Source: a virus
Taxonomy: Duplodnaviria; Heunggongvirae; Uroviricota; Caudoviricetes
DNA: 64,000 nt
IMG/VR virus record: IMGVR_UViG_3300042908_000811
Location: 1 to 64,000 of that record
Reading direction: 5' to 3' (one strand)
A program made the position numbers and the translations under genes. Under the pieces are notes generated by a model. The model saw only the letters and a list, made by a program, of their open reading frames with translations, was not told where the DNA came from and did not search any database. Shown piece after piece: positions 19,363 through 30,289 of the stretch (the first letter of the stretch is position 1; each line of letters begins with the position of its first letter).

Positions 19363-19626
19363 CTTTGTCTCCACGTTTTTTGAACCACAAGACTATTGTA
19401 ACTGATCTTCAGAAAAAGTCAAGCGTCCCATATTACTTGAGCAGTTGCTTCGTGAGTTTTCTTTTTCTTGGTATCAAAGTAGACAACTTTTCTTAGAACA
19501 GCGGTATGCCCACAACCATCATCAAAATCTTCGTAATAGTATTCAACGACTTTATTTGGTGATCGAGCATAGAAAGGTAAACAGGGTTCAATAGTGTGTT
19601 CAATAACGGTATCTGCAAATTTTAGA

Positions 19627-20025
19627 TTATTCATTATTTAAGTATCTATTTTCGTTGTATTGACGCAAATCATACAACAACTGATCAGAAAAAGGTTTTT
19701 CAAAAGGTTCTAGATAGGAAAGAACCTTCTTTACCTTACGCCAAAGAATATGACGATCAAGCGATCCAATATGAGGAACCTTGGTTTCAAACGTCTCCCC
19801 ATGCATATCAAGACTGCCATCCTCGCGTCGAGGGAAGATAGTGGTATTATATCCGTCTAAAAAACATCCCCCATTGGCAACCCATAAACAAACGTGTGTT
19901 TCTTTATGAACTATATTATAAGGTTTTCCTTGTTCACCGTAGAAATTACCATGACGCCAATCTTCTGGATTATCTAACATCTTCCAGATTTCATAACACA
20001 CTGGCGATAGAATTTTCTCAATCAT
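19627..20025 (-). CDS. hypothetical protein 132 aa
   Basis: ORF track. Confidence 0.5.
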   Translation of the reverse strand: MIEKILSPVCYEIWKMLDNPEDWRHGNFYGEQGKPYNIVHKETHVCLWVANGGCFLDGYNTTIFPRREDGSLDMHGETFETKVPHIGSLDRHILWRKVKKVLSYLEPFEKPFSDQLLYDLRQYNENRYLNNE

Positions 20026-20295
20026 TTTTAAACTCCTTCAATTCTGCCCAAGAGAAGACAACATTGGCTATGTCTTTACGCTTAGATTCACCGAATACCA
20101 ATTTTCTTATCTTTCCGAGAAAAGTGTTATTTCTCACGTAGGTTACGATCAAAGATGATGTTATTTCTTCCATATCCTCTTCTGAAATATATCCCTTTTC
20201 GTGCAACATTAACGCCGTTCTGTGGGCTATGTTGGTGCAATGTTCCTGATACTCAAGTCCTGTGAGCGTCAATGTAATAAATTCATTGCTCATTT

Positions 20296-20805
20296 TTAAT
20301 CACCATACAAATTATTAACATAACGCTTTACTTGATCCTCAACTCTATCTCCCCAGAAATCGTAATGGTTACGAAAGAAATCAATTAATGATGATTCAAT
20401 GTTATCCTTAATAGGATAATCATATTCTTCTGATTCTTTTCCTTCAAGGAGTTCCAGTGTCTTCTCCCTCCATTCTTCTAAGGTTTCGCAAATATGAAAT
20501 TCTACGTCATCGTAAATCTCATTTGGGCTAATAACGCCTTTCGCAATTGCTTCAAGGCGATAAGCCTCTCTATGGAATGGATCAATCCAATGATATCCAA
20601 TACTTTCTCTTTCATTGACAGATTCTAATTGATAGATGAACTTCGTATCGGTATCAAATATAGCCAATGCATGTATAGGACCATTACCAGAATCAACTTC
20701 ATCTGATTCAATATATCTAGTATTCTTTCCAAAACAATTCCAATAGTATTTCTCACCAGACGTTACCCTATAACCGATAAAATCCAAAAACTCTTCAAGA
20801 AACAT
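20296..20805 (-). CDS. hypothetical protein 169 aa
   Basis: ORF track. Confidence 0.5.
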   Translation of the reverse strand: MFLEEFLDFIGYRVTSGEKYYWNCFGKNTRYIESDEVDSGNGPIHALAIFDTDTKFIYQLESVNERESIGYHWIDPFHREAYRLEAIAKGVISPNEIYDDVEFHICETLEEWREKTLELLEGKESEEYDYPIKDNIESSLIDFFRNHYDFWGDRVEDQVKRYVNNLYGD

Positions 20806-20818
20806 AATTTACTCCTTA

Positions 20819-21244
20819 CTATCCTGCTGCATCGACAATGTTTTCATTATTTGCCGCAATGATTTTCTCGGCAAATTCTACTATATCATTCATACGCTCT
20901 GCAACGCTGTCATGCCCGTATGCGTGACCACGATCATATGCTTCGGAATAACAAATATCAAAGACTTTACTAGGAATACCGAACTCTTTACGCATTTCAG
21001 AAATCCAGTAATCTACTACCTTTTGTTCATTTTCGTAATATAGTTTTAGTTTTTCTTCATATATTTCTTTGTTTACTTCTGACCTTTCAACATTTTCGGA
21101 AAATGTGAGGGCGTCGTTACGATTCTCGAATGTCTGACATTCACCATTCTTATAGGCATACCAAACGTATTCTTTTGCTGGATATTTGGGGAAAGAACTT
21201 ACGGCATTTTCGCATTCTTTATAAGTGAGCATTTTTATCACCAA
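20819..21244 (-). CDS. hypothetical protein 141 aa
   Basis: ORF track. Confidence 0.5.
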   Translation of the reverse strand: MVIKMLTYKECENAVSSFPKYPAKEYVWYAYKNGECQTFENRNDALTFSENVERSEVNKEIYEEKLKLYYENEQKVVDYWISEMRKEFGIPSKVFDICYSEAYDRGHAYGHDSVAERMNDIVEFAEKIIAANNENIVDAAG

Positions 21245-21639
21245 GAGCTATTATAATAAACATCCATACCATCTTTAATCGCTTCCAATGCTTCCTCGAC
21301 GAATTTCAAATCTCTGTCACTGCCGTATTCTTCGCCGTAGTAATTGTAATCCCCACCGAAGAAAAACCCAAAAGTCCTAGTTAGAGTTTTATTCTTGATA
21401 GCTGTTCTGAGATTCTTCAAATCTTCTTCAGTTAGTTTAACAGTGTTACCATTGAAATCAGGGTCTTTACCACCTTTTGCGCGATAGAGTTCATCCATCC
21501 AACCGTGAAGATAATTGTTCTTACGCCAATACCAACCCTCTTCGACGTATTCTTCTTTTTCCGGAAGATAAAAATCAACCTCAACTCCTTCTGGAATCAG
21601 ACCTTTCCCAACCTTGTAAGCATACATATCAAGACCCAT
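21238..21639 (-). CDS. hypothetical protein 133 aa
   Basis: ORF track. Confidence 0.5.
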   Translation of the reverse strand: MGLDMYAYKVGKGLIPEGVEVDFYLPEKEEYVEEGWYWRKNNYLHGWMDELYRAKGGKDPDFNGNTVKLTEEDLKNLRTAIKNKTLTRTFGFFFGGDYNYYGEEYGSDRDLKFVEEALEAIKDGMDVYYNSSW

Positions 21640-21695
21640 TTTTTTCTCCGGTAAATTTCAACAACAAGACTATCATACCTGATCAGGCGAAAAAG

Positions 21696-22241
21696 TCAAG
21701 CGTAGATTTTATTTTCATCTTCCGGTAGGGATTCAAGGATTGATGGAATTTCTTCTATTGCTAATGGAGTAAGATTCCACAAATCCATTCCAACATTTAA
21801 TTGTTGACGATTTCCTTTCCATTTACTGTGGAGGTGTCCAAATAGGTTTATCGATCCGTAATGTGATTTGTTCCATGCTCTTAATGGATAATGACACATA
21901 ACATAGTGTTTACCATTAATCTTATGATCTAACAAATCAAATACCCTACCATCAAAACAATCAATAAAATCTTGATGCTTTGTTAAATGTACATCGTGAT
22001 TTCCAGATACGAGACAAAGTTTACCATTAAGGCGTCCTAGGAAATCTACAGTTTCTTTAAGTTTTCCAAAAGAAACATCTCCAAGAATAAAAATTTCATC
22101 GTTCTTAGAAACTTTAGAATTCCAACGCTCAACAATGGTATCATTCATCAATTCTACTGAAGAAAATTGACGAGCATCAGGTTCATATTCTAATATTTTT
22201 TTATGAAACGCATGAATGTCGCTTGTAAAGAATATGCTCAT
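21696..22241 (-). CDS. calcineurin-like metallophosphoesterase (protein phosphatase or polynucleotide 2',3'/3'-phosphatase)
   Basis: SDIH, LGD, GNHD, CHYP, FGHLH motif series; ATGA-coupled to kinase and RNA ligase 1. Confidence 0.7.
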   Translation of the reverse strand: MSIFFTSDIHAFHKKILEYEPDARQFSSVELMNDTIVERWNSKVSKNDEIFILGDVSFGKLKETVDFLGRLNGKLCLVSGNHDVHLTKHQDFIDCFDGRVFDLLDHKINGKHYVMCHYPLRAWNKSHYGSINLFGHLHSKWKGNRQQLNVGMDLWNLTPLAIEEIPSILESLPEDENKIYA

Positions 22242-22654
22242 AGTACCTCGAATAATTCTGAAATATCGTATTGAAATCTTTGCTTCATTTTTTCTACAGT
22301 TTCTTCTGGAACATTATGGATTGATCCAAAATTGTTCTGACAAAGAATTACAGTTGGAATGATATTATACTTCTTAGCAAGTTCAAAATAAGGTTTTAGT
22401 TCTTTCTTGGTTGTGAAGGTATTGGATACAACTACCATTTCACCTTCAGCTAACACTCTATCAGTTTGTTCTTGACACCACTTATGAGCTTGTCTAAGTT
22501 TTGAAGCATCAAAATTATAATTACCATCCGAATCTATAAAATACATATCTGCTTCAAAATGTTCAGAAAAAGGATATGCAAAACTCATATCGCCAGCAAG
22601 TGTACTTTTGGACGAACCTGGCAATCCTCGAATTAAAATCATTCTTTTAGTCAA
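22238..22654 (-). CDS. P-loop polynucleotide 5'-kinase-like protein (T4 Pnk kinase-domain-like)
   Basis: LIRGLPGSSKSTLA Walker A resembles T4 Pnk ILTIGCPGSGKSTWA; sits between phosphoesterase and Rnl1. Confidence 0.6.
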   Translation of the reverse strand: MTKRMILIRGLPGSSKSTLAGDMSFAYPFSEHFEADMYFIDSDGNYNFDASKLRQAHKWCQEQTDRVLAEGEMVVVSNTFTTKKELKPYFELAKKYNIIPTVILCQNNFGSIHNVPEETVEKMKQRFQYDISELFEVL

Positions 22655-23582
22655 GATAGTTCTCCAAAAAAGTACGAGTAAAGTTTAATCGAGATTGTTC
22701 ATCCATTTCAGAAAATACTTCTCTGTTTTCTTTAATATGTCCGACCAAGGGATAGTATTCTTCATCAATCTTACTCAAGTCACCATTTAACAAAGAATCA
22801 ATATTTTGCTTACGAGCAAACAATTTGTTAATCAAGTAATATGGAGATTTTAATTTAAACGATTCCCCATCTTTTGTGTATGCAACATAACCTTCATGTT
22901 TTACCTTCTTAACTCTTTCCTTTAATTCGCCTAGAGTAGTATAAGTTGGAACTGGAACATTCCACAATCCCAACATATAATATTCACGATCAAATTCAGA
23001 ACTACAATACCAATCCAATCCATAGTCAACCATCTGAGAAATTGACGTGGAATGGGATATTTTATCATTATAACCATTATCTCTTTGACCCAAGAAATAC
23101 ACTCCTTCTTTTTCTGGAATAATATGAGGATCAGAAGAATGACAAATTTCAAACATAAAAGTAGTATTATGAATGAAATTCTTCTCAGGAATTGCTTTTA
23201 ATATCATTTCCCTTGCTAACTTAGCATAATCAGAATCCAAAGATCCAGTAGTTGCAACTACAACACCATCTTTATACTTTGATGCCGTTGCCATAAATCC
23301 ATTATACTTCTTGATTGCTAAGACCTTTTCATCATCAGATAATACTGGAGAGTTCTTTTCTATTCCGTAATTATAGATTTTATCGAAAGGATGAACAATA
23401 ATGTTGAAATCTTTATCTACTACCAGACCACGACACTTTTCAAGATAACGATTCCAAAGCCCATCAAAAAAGACTTTTCTTTTATATTTTAATACAAATA
23501 AATCAGTATAGGATTCAGATTTTTTCATCTGAACAAGATTAGAATTGTTTTCTACATATTCTTTGAGTTGTGACTGTAACAT
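22647..23582 (-). CDS. rnlA: RNA ligase 1 (T4 RnlA/gp63-like)
   Basis: KCRGLVV, KKYNG (motif I), HEGYVAYTKDGESFKLKS match T4 Rnl1 ECRGIMF, KEDG, IEGYVAVMKDGSHFKIKS as recalled from memory. Confidence 0.75.
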   Translation of the reverse strand: MLQSQLKEYVENNSNLVQMKKSESYTDLFVLKYKRKVFFDGLWNRYLEKCRGLVVDKDFNIIVHPFDKIYNYGIEKNSPVLSDDEKVLAIKKYNGFMATASKYKDGVVVATTGSLDSDYAKLAREMILKAIPEKNFIHNTTFMFEICHSSDPHIIPEKEGVYFLGQRDNGYNDKISHSTSISQMVDYGLDWYCSSEFDREYYMLGLWNVPVPTYTTLGELKERVKKVKHEGYVAYTKDGESFKLKSPYYLINKLFARKQNIDSLLNGDLSKIDEEYYPLVGHIKENREVFSEMDEQSRLNFTRTFLENYLD

Positions 23583-23633
23583 ATTTACGCTCCTTAAACA
23601 GAAAGTAAATCATACTACAGTCTTGAGAAAAAG

Positions 23634-24464
23634 TCAAGTCCAGAGGGATCTACGCAGACGAATAAGTTTTATCAACATTTCTTCATCTTCTTGAAAATAA
23701 TCCTCCTCGATTTTATTCATAAGATCATGAATCCTTCTGGTTTCTAATTTTTCTTCTTCGGTTTCTGGTGTACACATATAATCCCAAAGGCTATCGCCGC
23801 TATTGGTTTTTGTTTCGTAACGGGCGTTCCACCCAGAAACTTCATAAGGGTCGGGTCTATTAGGTCTGGTGAATTTCCACCAATGGTAGAGTTCAGAGAT
23901 TTCTTGAGCTTTCAGAGATTGTTCAGTAGGTTGACCATATTCTGGATCATCTTTACTTAATCCCCAAGATTCGTCTTTGATAAGAGTAGTTTCCCAATCA
24001 AGATAATCTAGACCAGATTGAGCATTTCTCCAAGTTCTGCTCTTAAACCAACCTTTTGAATGCCAAGGCGCATTATATTTTACTGCAGAAGCTTCATCGC
24101 AAATGATATTTTTCCATGCAACTTCCACCTCGACAAAATTCACAAGCTCATCAAATAAACAATGAAGAATTCTTTCATCTAGTTCGTGCCATTCACCTTT
24201 TTTCAAATTGGACGTGAGTTGATGAGTTTTGGTTACAAATCTATTAACTAACCAATATTTCACAGAATAGAGTTTATCAATAGGATACATAATAAAGTCT
24301 TGAATCTTATCAAGAGCAGTTTCAGCAAGCCAATATCGAAATGGATGTTTCGTTTTAGCAGTTTGCTTCCAATCTCGCCATTCTTTAGAAGTTCCGCATT
24401 CTGGTTGAGGAGTACCTCTTACCCAATTAGCGAATTTCCCGTTTGACCAATATCTGTTTCTCAT
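23634..24464 (-). CDS. hypothetical protein 276 aa
   Basis: ORF track. Confidence 0.5.
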   Translation of the reverse strand: MRNRYWSNGKFANWVRGTPQPECGTSKEWRDWKQTAKTKHPFRYWLAETALDKIQDFIMYPIDKLYSVKYWLVNRFVTKTHQLTSNLKKGEWHELDERILHCLFDELVNFVEVEVAWKNIICDEASAVKYNAPWHSKGWFKSRTWRNAQSGLDYLDWETTLIKDESWGLSKDDPEYGQPTEQSLKAQEISELYHWWKFTRPNRPDPYEVSGWNARYETKTNSGDSLWDYMCTPETEEEKLETRRIHDLMNKIEEDYFQEDEEMLIKLIRLRRSLWT

Positions 24465-27400
24465 ATTATTCCGGTTTCATATAAACAAAATTACATAACA
24501 TCATACAAGACCTATCAATCTTGACAACGCAATTAGATTTCTCTATCGAGAGTATTTTACCTTTAAAAGAGTTATAACAAATAACTCTCATTCCTACTTT
24601 AAATTCCATTATTTCTTAGAATAATTTGAATATGGACTTAGAACAGAAAGCAGAAAGAACGCTGCGGCAATATTCTCAAAATCATATTCAATATTTAATT
24701 GAAATAATGTATTAATAGACCAAATAAATCCACAAGGTATAATTATAATATATACAGCAAGTAAAATACCAAAAACGCAAAGACCAAGTTTCATATCACA
24801 CCATTATAAAAGAAAAGTATCACACTGACGACCTTTGGGAAGATTTTTATGATGAGGGCAATTTTCTCTGTATATACAACCAGCAACAAGAGAAAATATC
24901 AATACAAAAAATAACGCTCTCATATATTACCACGTAATAGAAACATAATCTTCACCTTGACGGATTAGATAATATTTGACATTAAATCCTTGATCCTTGA
25001 TAACTTTCTCTACCTTTTGCCAATCCGAAGAATTGCTTCTAGGTCCAAGCAACCAAATATAAGGACTATAACTTTCTTTGGTACATCTATAATTATCAAT
25101 AATAAATTCTTTCTTACCATCTAATGCTGCATCTCTGATATCTTCAAATACATATCGGAGTTGCTCGTCAATATTATTAAAAATTGCTCGTTTTGTTAGT
25201 TCTTTCGCCTTTTCAGCTGTTATCATTATTATTCCTCATATTTCGCCATAGGTTGAATTATTAGATAATTTTCAGTTAAGAAAAAATTACCATAAGGTTG
25301 CCAACCTTCTTTGATATACTTATTTACGTCATCTTGCAATTCTGCAAAATTTTCAACCATAATAATTTTATATTCAACAATTTTAGACATATTACCTCAC
25401 GCAATCATAGGTCCATCATTAGTTTCTTCAATTTCTTCTTTACCTTCATTAACCAAAGTTCCACCAATTTCTTCTGTAATAATATAAATCTTATTACCAT
25501 CTTTGATTATATTATTGATAGGATAATGATTAAAAGATGTATAAACCAATACTTCGTATTCTTTATTGTTATTGGAATCATTGAAAATATTTTTCAAATC
25601 TTGGGAATTTAGAATCATATCTTTTCCATTACCTTAGTTCTTAGATATTCTATCAAAGTATCTGATAACTCATCGATACTTTCGAGAGGCAAAGTAGTTT
25701 TCCACTTATCTTGAGTTGCTGAAGGATTCTTAGCAGAACTCAACGTAGAATAAAAGTTAATATCTACATAATCAGGAATTGACGAATCTTTTATTTCAAA
25801 ATAAAGATTATAGTTATTACCAGTTCCATCAACAGTTGTGTTCAGTAAAGTATTTAATTCTTTATTCATTATCAGTTACCTTTCTATATTCAATACAAGT
25901 AACTTGATCAACATTATTATTGTCAAGTATCAAAGATTTAGTACAATTCCATTCAGATTTTATAATAATATAACTGTTATCGTTAATCAACAAAAAAGCA
26001 ACAAAAAGAGAAATGAAAAAACAAGCAATCGTAATAACAATAGTCTTAGCCATATCCATACTTACCTCGATATAATCACAGCATTTGCTTTTTCAAAAGA
26101 AAGACCTTCTTTTCCATAGGAAATATCAAAGGCATCTCCATGTTTTCCATAATACCATTCATCGTAAACATTTAAATAAATTTCTTTTTCAGATACACCA
26201 ATATCTTCAGTATATCCACCTTCATATCCATTAACAACAACTATCGCTTCAGGATCAAATCCTGATAATACTACAATCAACTCTTTTACATTCATACTTT
26301 TCTTCCTGCGTGTTGGATTTCAGAAGGCAATAATACTTGATAATTTCCTTTATTGTAGGCTAGTGCAACAGGATATTTCTTAGAAACTTCTTTCTTATAT
26401 TCTTCGTTTGGTTTTGTAGCGATATGATCCGAAGTAACCGAAACAATATTTCGGTGGTCGGTCGCCCAGTTTGGAATATCAAGAGATTTCAGCTTTTTCT
26501 TTTCTTTTTTTACCTGTAAATGTTTAAAACCCTTGCCGTACAGGTAAAAAAGGTATTCTTCAGGAGTTAGTTTAGGTTCACCAATTCGCTTTTGGTTTTT
26601 ATTGAATACCACCAGACTTTCTAGATCTTTTTTTGTCAATTTCATATTAAAAAATCTCACAAAATTCAACTACAAAAGTATTATACCGTAAGAGCGGTAC
26701 AAAGTAAAGTCATCGACAACCTAAAAGTTTCTTGACTCTTGTATTGATATCATTATAGATTTGGCGCTGATCTTTTGTTAATGAAATTGAATCATCAAGC
26801 CAATCCAAATCCCTTTTAATTTGATATAATTCATCATATATTTGTTCTAGAGTAAATTGCGAAACTTTATCTATCAAATACTTTTCCATAATGAACCTAC
26901 TTCTGTATACAGACAGATTTTTCTACCATATCAATCTTAGAGATTTCCGATATAGCAAATTGACATTTATTAAGAGAACTAAATTCTTGGAATAGAATTT
27001 GCTTTTGACCATACCCCAGAGATAATACTAGCATCAATACAAACATATCAACCTCTATGTTGTTTCAACAATCGTAAATTCAAAACGAAATTTTCTACTG
27101 TTAGCGTTGTTATAGCTGATAATAGAATCAATCTCTCATTATCCGTACCTTTTGTGGCGTTAAATTTCTCATAAATTTCGCTAGCCATTAATTTAAAAGC
27201 ATCAGATTCAGATATAGACAAATCAGCAAAATCTATAGGATATTCGTTAGAAGATTCTTTGGCCAATTCTGCTATGATATCAACACAATCTATATCTCTC
27301 ATCAGGAGAATTCCCAATCTTCTGGATAATCAACCTGATGAACAAATTGAAACTTTTGTTCATCAGACCAAGAAGTTAAATAGGAGTTTTCCTTATCAAA

Positions 27401-28893
27401 CAACTCTAGATATTCTTCATCAGAAATTCTTCTGGAAGAGACAATAGTTTCCCCAAGATGTAATTGAGAAAACTCCTGCTGAACCTCTTCCATAGAAACA
27501 GTATCTAAAGCGTGTTCTTCATTCTTACATTCCACAACGTAGTTCATTCGAAACTGCGAAATAGCAGTCACAATATATTTTGGCATAATACAACTCCTAA
27601 TATTCCAATCGCTTTCTCAAAATAACAGAATCCGCCTTAATTTCATAAACTAAAACATCTCCTAGATGTAAATCTAACTCTTCACAAATCTCTTCAGGAA
27701 TCTCTATTATAGCATAGCCCTCAAAATCATATTCGACTTTTCTTGTATAAATTTTATTCATTTTCTTTCAATATTTTCTGAACGTCTTTGTAGCATTTCC
27801 CACAATTACAGCAAAGTTGTAATTTATGGAATTCTCTGACAGACTTAATCTTATTACACTTAATAAGACTTCTCATTTTGGATTCATTTAGATTAGAACA
27901 AACGCAAATAATCATAAACGACTATTCAGAATATCCCATACTTTCTTGATAACTTTCGAACTCTTGATCTGAAACTCTACAAACATCACCATCTTCATCA
28001 ACATATAAAACGCCTGCGTCCTCAAGAGAATATATGGCATTATCCCAACCTTTTTTCAAACCCCTATTATAGACATAATATCCATAAACCCCACCAGCAA
28101 CACAAAGAGCAATAAAAAACTTAATTTCTTCCCAACTAATTTCTATTGTAACCATATTAGTCTCCTGGTTTATAAACTTCCTTAATATTTATTGTAGGTT
28201 GCTTATTGTATTGTTTACGAAAATGTTTAATGATATATTCTAATACCGGAAAATCCACACCAACAGATTTACAAATATAATAATCGTCAAACCCTGCTTG
28301 GACCAGTTGATCAACATCGTCAGAAATTGGCTTTAGAATTCCCATATTACCTCAATTTTGAAATTTCTAGTTTAACGTCTTCGATTGAAATATTATCAGT
28401 AGATACGGAATGTTCCGCATCAAGAATCATTTCTACCTTCGTTACTGTAGATTGTTTACCAATTTGGTAAGCAACCCAAGAATTAGCAAATATAAAAACT
28501 AACAGTAAAAAACCTTTCAATAAAGAATCAGTTTGTTGCATATTTTGCTCCTGTATATTGGGCTTTGATAGATCTTTCTATCGGATTAGAAGGAATTCCA
28601 TCTCTATGAGCCGATTCTACAGCAACTTTAGCATGATCTTCAGAGATAAACCATCCAATGAAAAGGTTATCTACCATTGCTTTATACTTATCGCCATAAA
28701 GAACGATAGACCCAAGAATTCTACCGGCAGGGTCGTGATAATATCCGTTGGTCCAAGAATCCATAAACGTCTCCGATTATTGTAAGAAATATTATTATAA
28801 ACTTGGAATGTGAAAAAGTAAAGTCGGATTTTCGTTGGAAGTCTAGGGTAATCCGCAACCTAGTTCACACATCCCAAGGCGCGAGAGGTGTGG

Positions 28894-29403
28894 TTATAAT
28901 AAACTATTTATTCTTTTAATAGTATCTTTCCAGGATAGGTGATGAATACCAATTCCACCCATACTGTTCCAATTATCAATAGTAGATTTGGTATCATCTA
29001 TCAAAATTCTTCCCGGTTTTGAATAATAATGCTTATACTTTTTTCCTGGAACGAATACCGGATGAAATGGTACATTATATTTCTTCAACCAAAACCCTTT
29101 TTGTGCTGACAATTCTTTTATGTATTCTTCTTTTGCGGTCGAAGTAAGAATACAAATAGGAATCTTGTGTTGTTTATGGACACCCTTTAGATACTCCAAG
29201 CCTTCTTTAAAATCCGGCATAGGTTCTAGAACAGCAAATTGTTTGTTTTCAATAAAATCATGAAATCGCTTTTTATGAAGTTTTTTACGTTTTGTATTAG
29301 AAGGATTATAATCTTCTTCCGGGTCCGCTTTATAGAGTTGAGCGTATCTTTTCTTGAAATCAGAAAGTACGCCATCTTGGTCAACAAAAATTTCACTTAT
29401 CAT
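28894..29403 (-). CDS. 5'(3')-deoxyribonucleotidase (NT5C/HAD-type, T5 dmp-like)
   Basis: N-terminal IFVDQDGVLSDF resembles the VLVDMDGVLADFE signature. Confidence 0.65.
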   Translation of the reverse strand: MISEIFVDQDGVLSDFKKRYAQLYKADPEEDYNPSNTKRKKLHKKRFHDFIENKQFAVLEPMPDFKEGLEYLKGVHKQHKIPICILTSTAKEEYIKELSAQKGFWLKKYNVPFHPVFVPGKKYKHYYSKPGRILIDDTKSTIDNWNSMGGIGIHHLSWKDTIKRINSLL

Positions 29404-29866
29404 TTTTGAGTAATTTTGATATTTTAAATAGATTTAATTCTGCGTAACTTAATTTCGATCTAAGTTCGCCATTAATAACAGTTCCACGGGAATCAAGAAC
29501 TTGAGTTATTTGTTTGAGCAGACATTCCGTAAGAATTATCATTTCTTCTTTTTCAAAGGATTTCATATATTCACACGTAAAAAAGGAGGGATATTTGGTA
29601 ATAAGGAATCCCTCCTGAACCTCACCTAACTCAAGCGGCTAGGGCAAATTTTGAATCATTTGCAATTATTGTATTTACTTCTTTGACCGGGATATCCCAA
29701 TCCTAACGACTTCAGTATTGCCGAGCGCATATAAACTATTTACTACCACGTCGAAACTGATCTTCCCCATCAAAAGCATACTATTCATTAGCTCTTACTA
29801 GATATAAACTTGATCAGTTATTATATCGTTCGCTTTCTCGGTTATAGTAACCTTCCTAGTATGCTT

Positions 29867-29898
29867 TTGGTGGAGAAGGCGGGAATCGCACCCGCGTC
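29867..29898 (-). other. isolated tRNA 3' fragment (T-arm plus acceptor 3' strand plus CCA) with no 5' half
   Basis: minus strand GGACGCGGGTGCGATTCCCGCCTTCTCCACCA; no complementary 5' acceptor upstream; inside a 650-bp ORF-free gap. Confidence 0.5.
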
Positions 29899-30079
29899 CG
29901 CAATAACTTTCGTTTATATGTTTACGCTGTTATAAACTTTCAACAATTAAACCAAACAAATATGCGACGGACCCAATCATACCAAGAAAAAATATCAAAA
30001 GAATAGTTAATAATACATTTTTTGTTAAATCTTCTAGCATAATTGAGTCCCCGCAATAGTTTATATTAAACTATTTATA

Positions 30080-30289
30080 TCAATTACCTTTTCGGAAGGC
30101 TCTATCAACTTTTGCTTCAAGTTCGCTCAGGCGAGCATCTTGAGTCGCATTCTTTTCAGCCATTGCAGTATGATCCGCTTCAACCGCACGCATATGATCT
30201 GTGAGTTGCTCTTGAACCGAAGGAGTAGTCGCCTTTGCTGCACAACCTACAAACATACCCATACTTAGCATTAGAATTACAAACTTCAT
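30080..30289 (-). CDS. Lpp (Braun lipoprotein)-like small coiled-coil lipoprotein
   Basis: signal peptide with lipobox FVGC, then 50-aa Ala/Glu-rich helix. Confidence 0.5.
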   Translation of the reverse strand: MKFVILMLSMGMFVGCAAKATTPSVQEQLTDHMRAVEADHTAMAEKNATQDARLSELEAKVDRAFRKGN

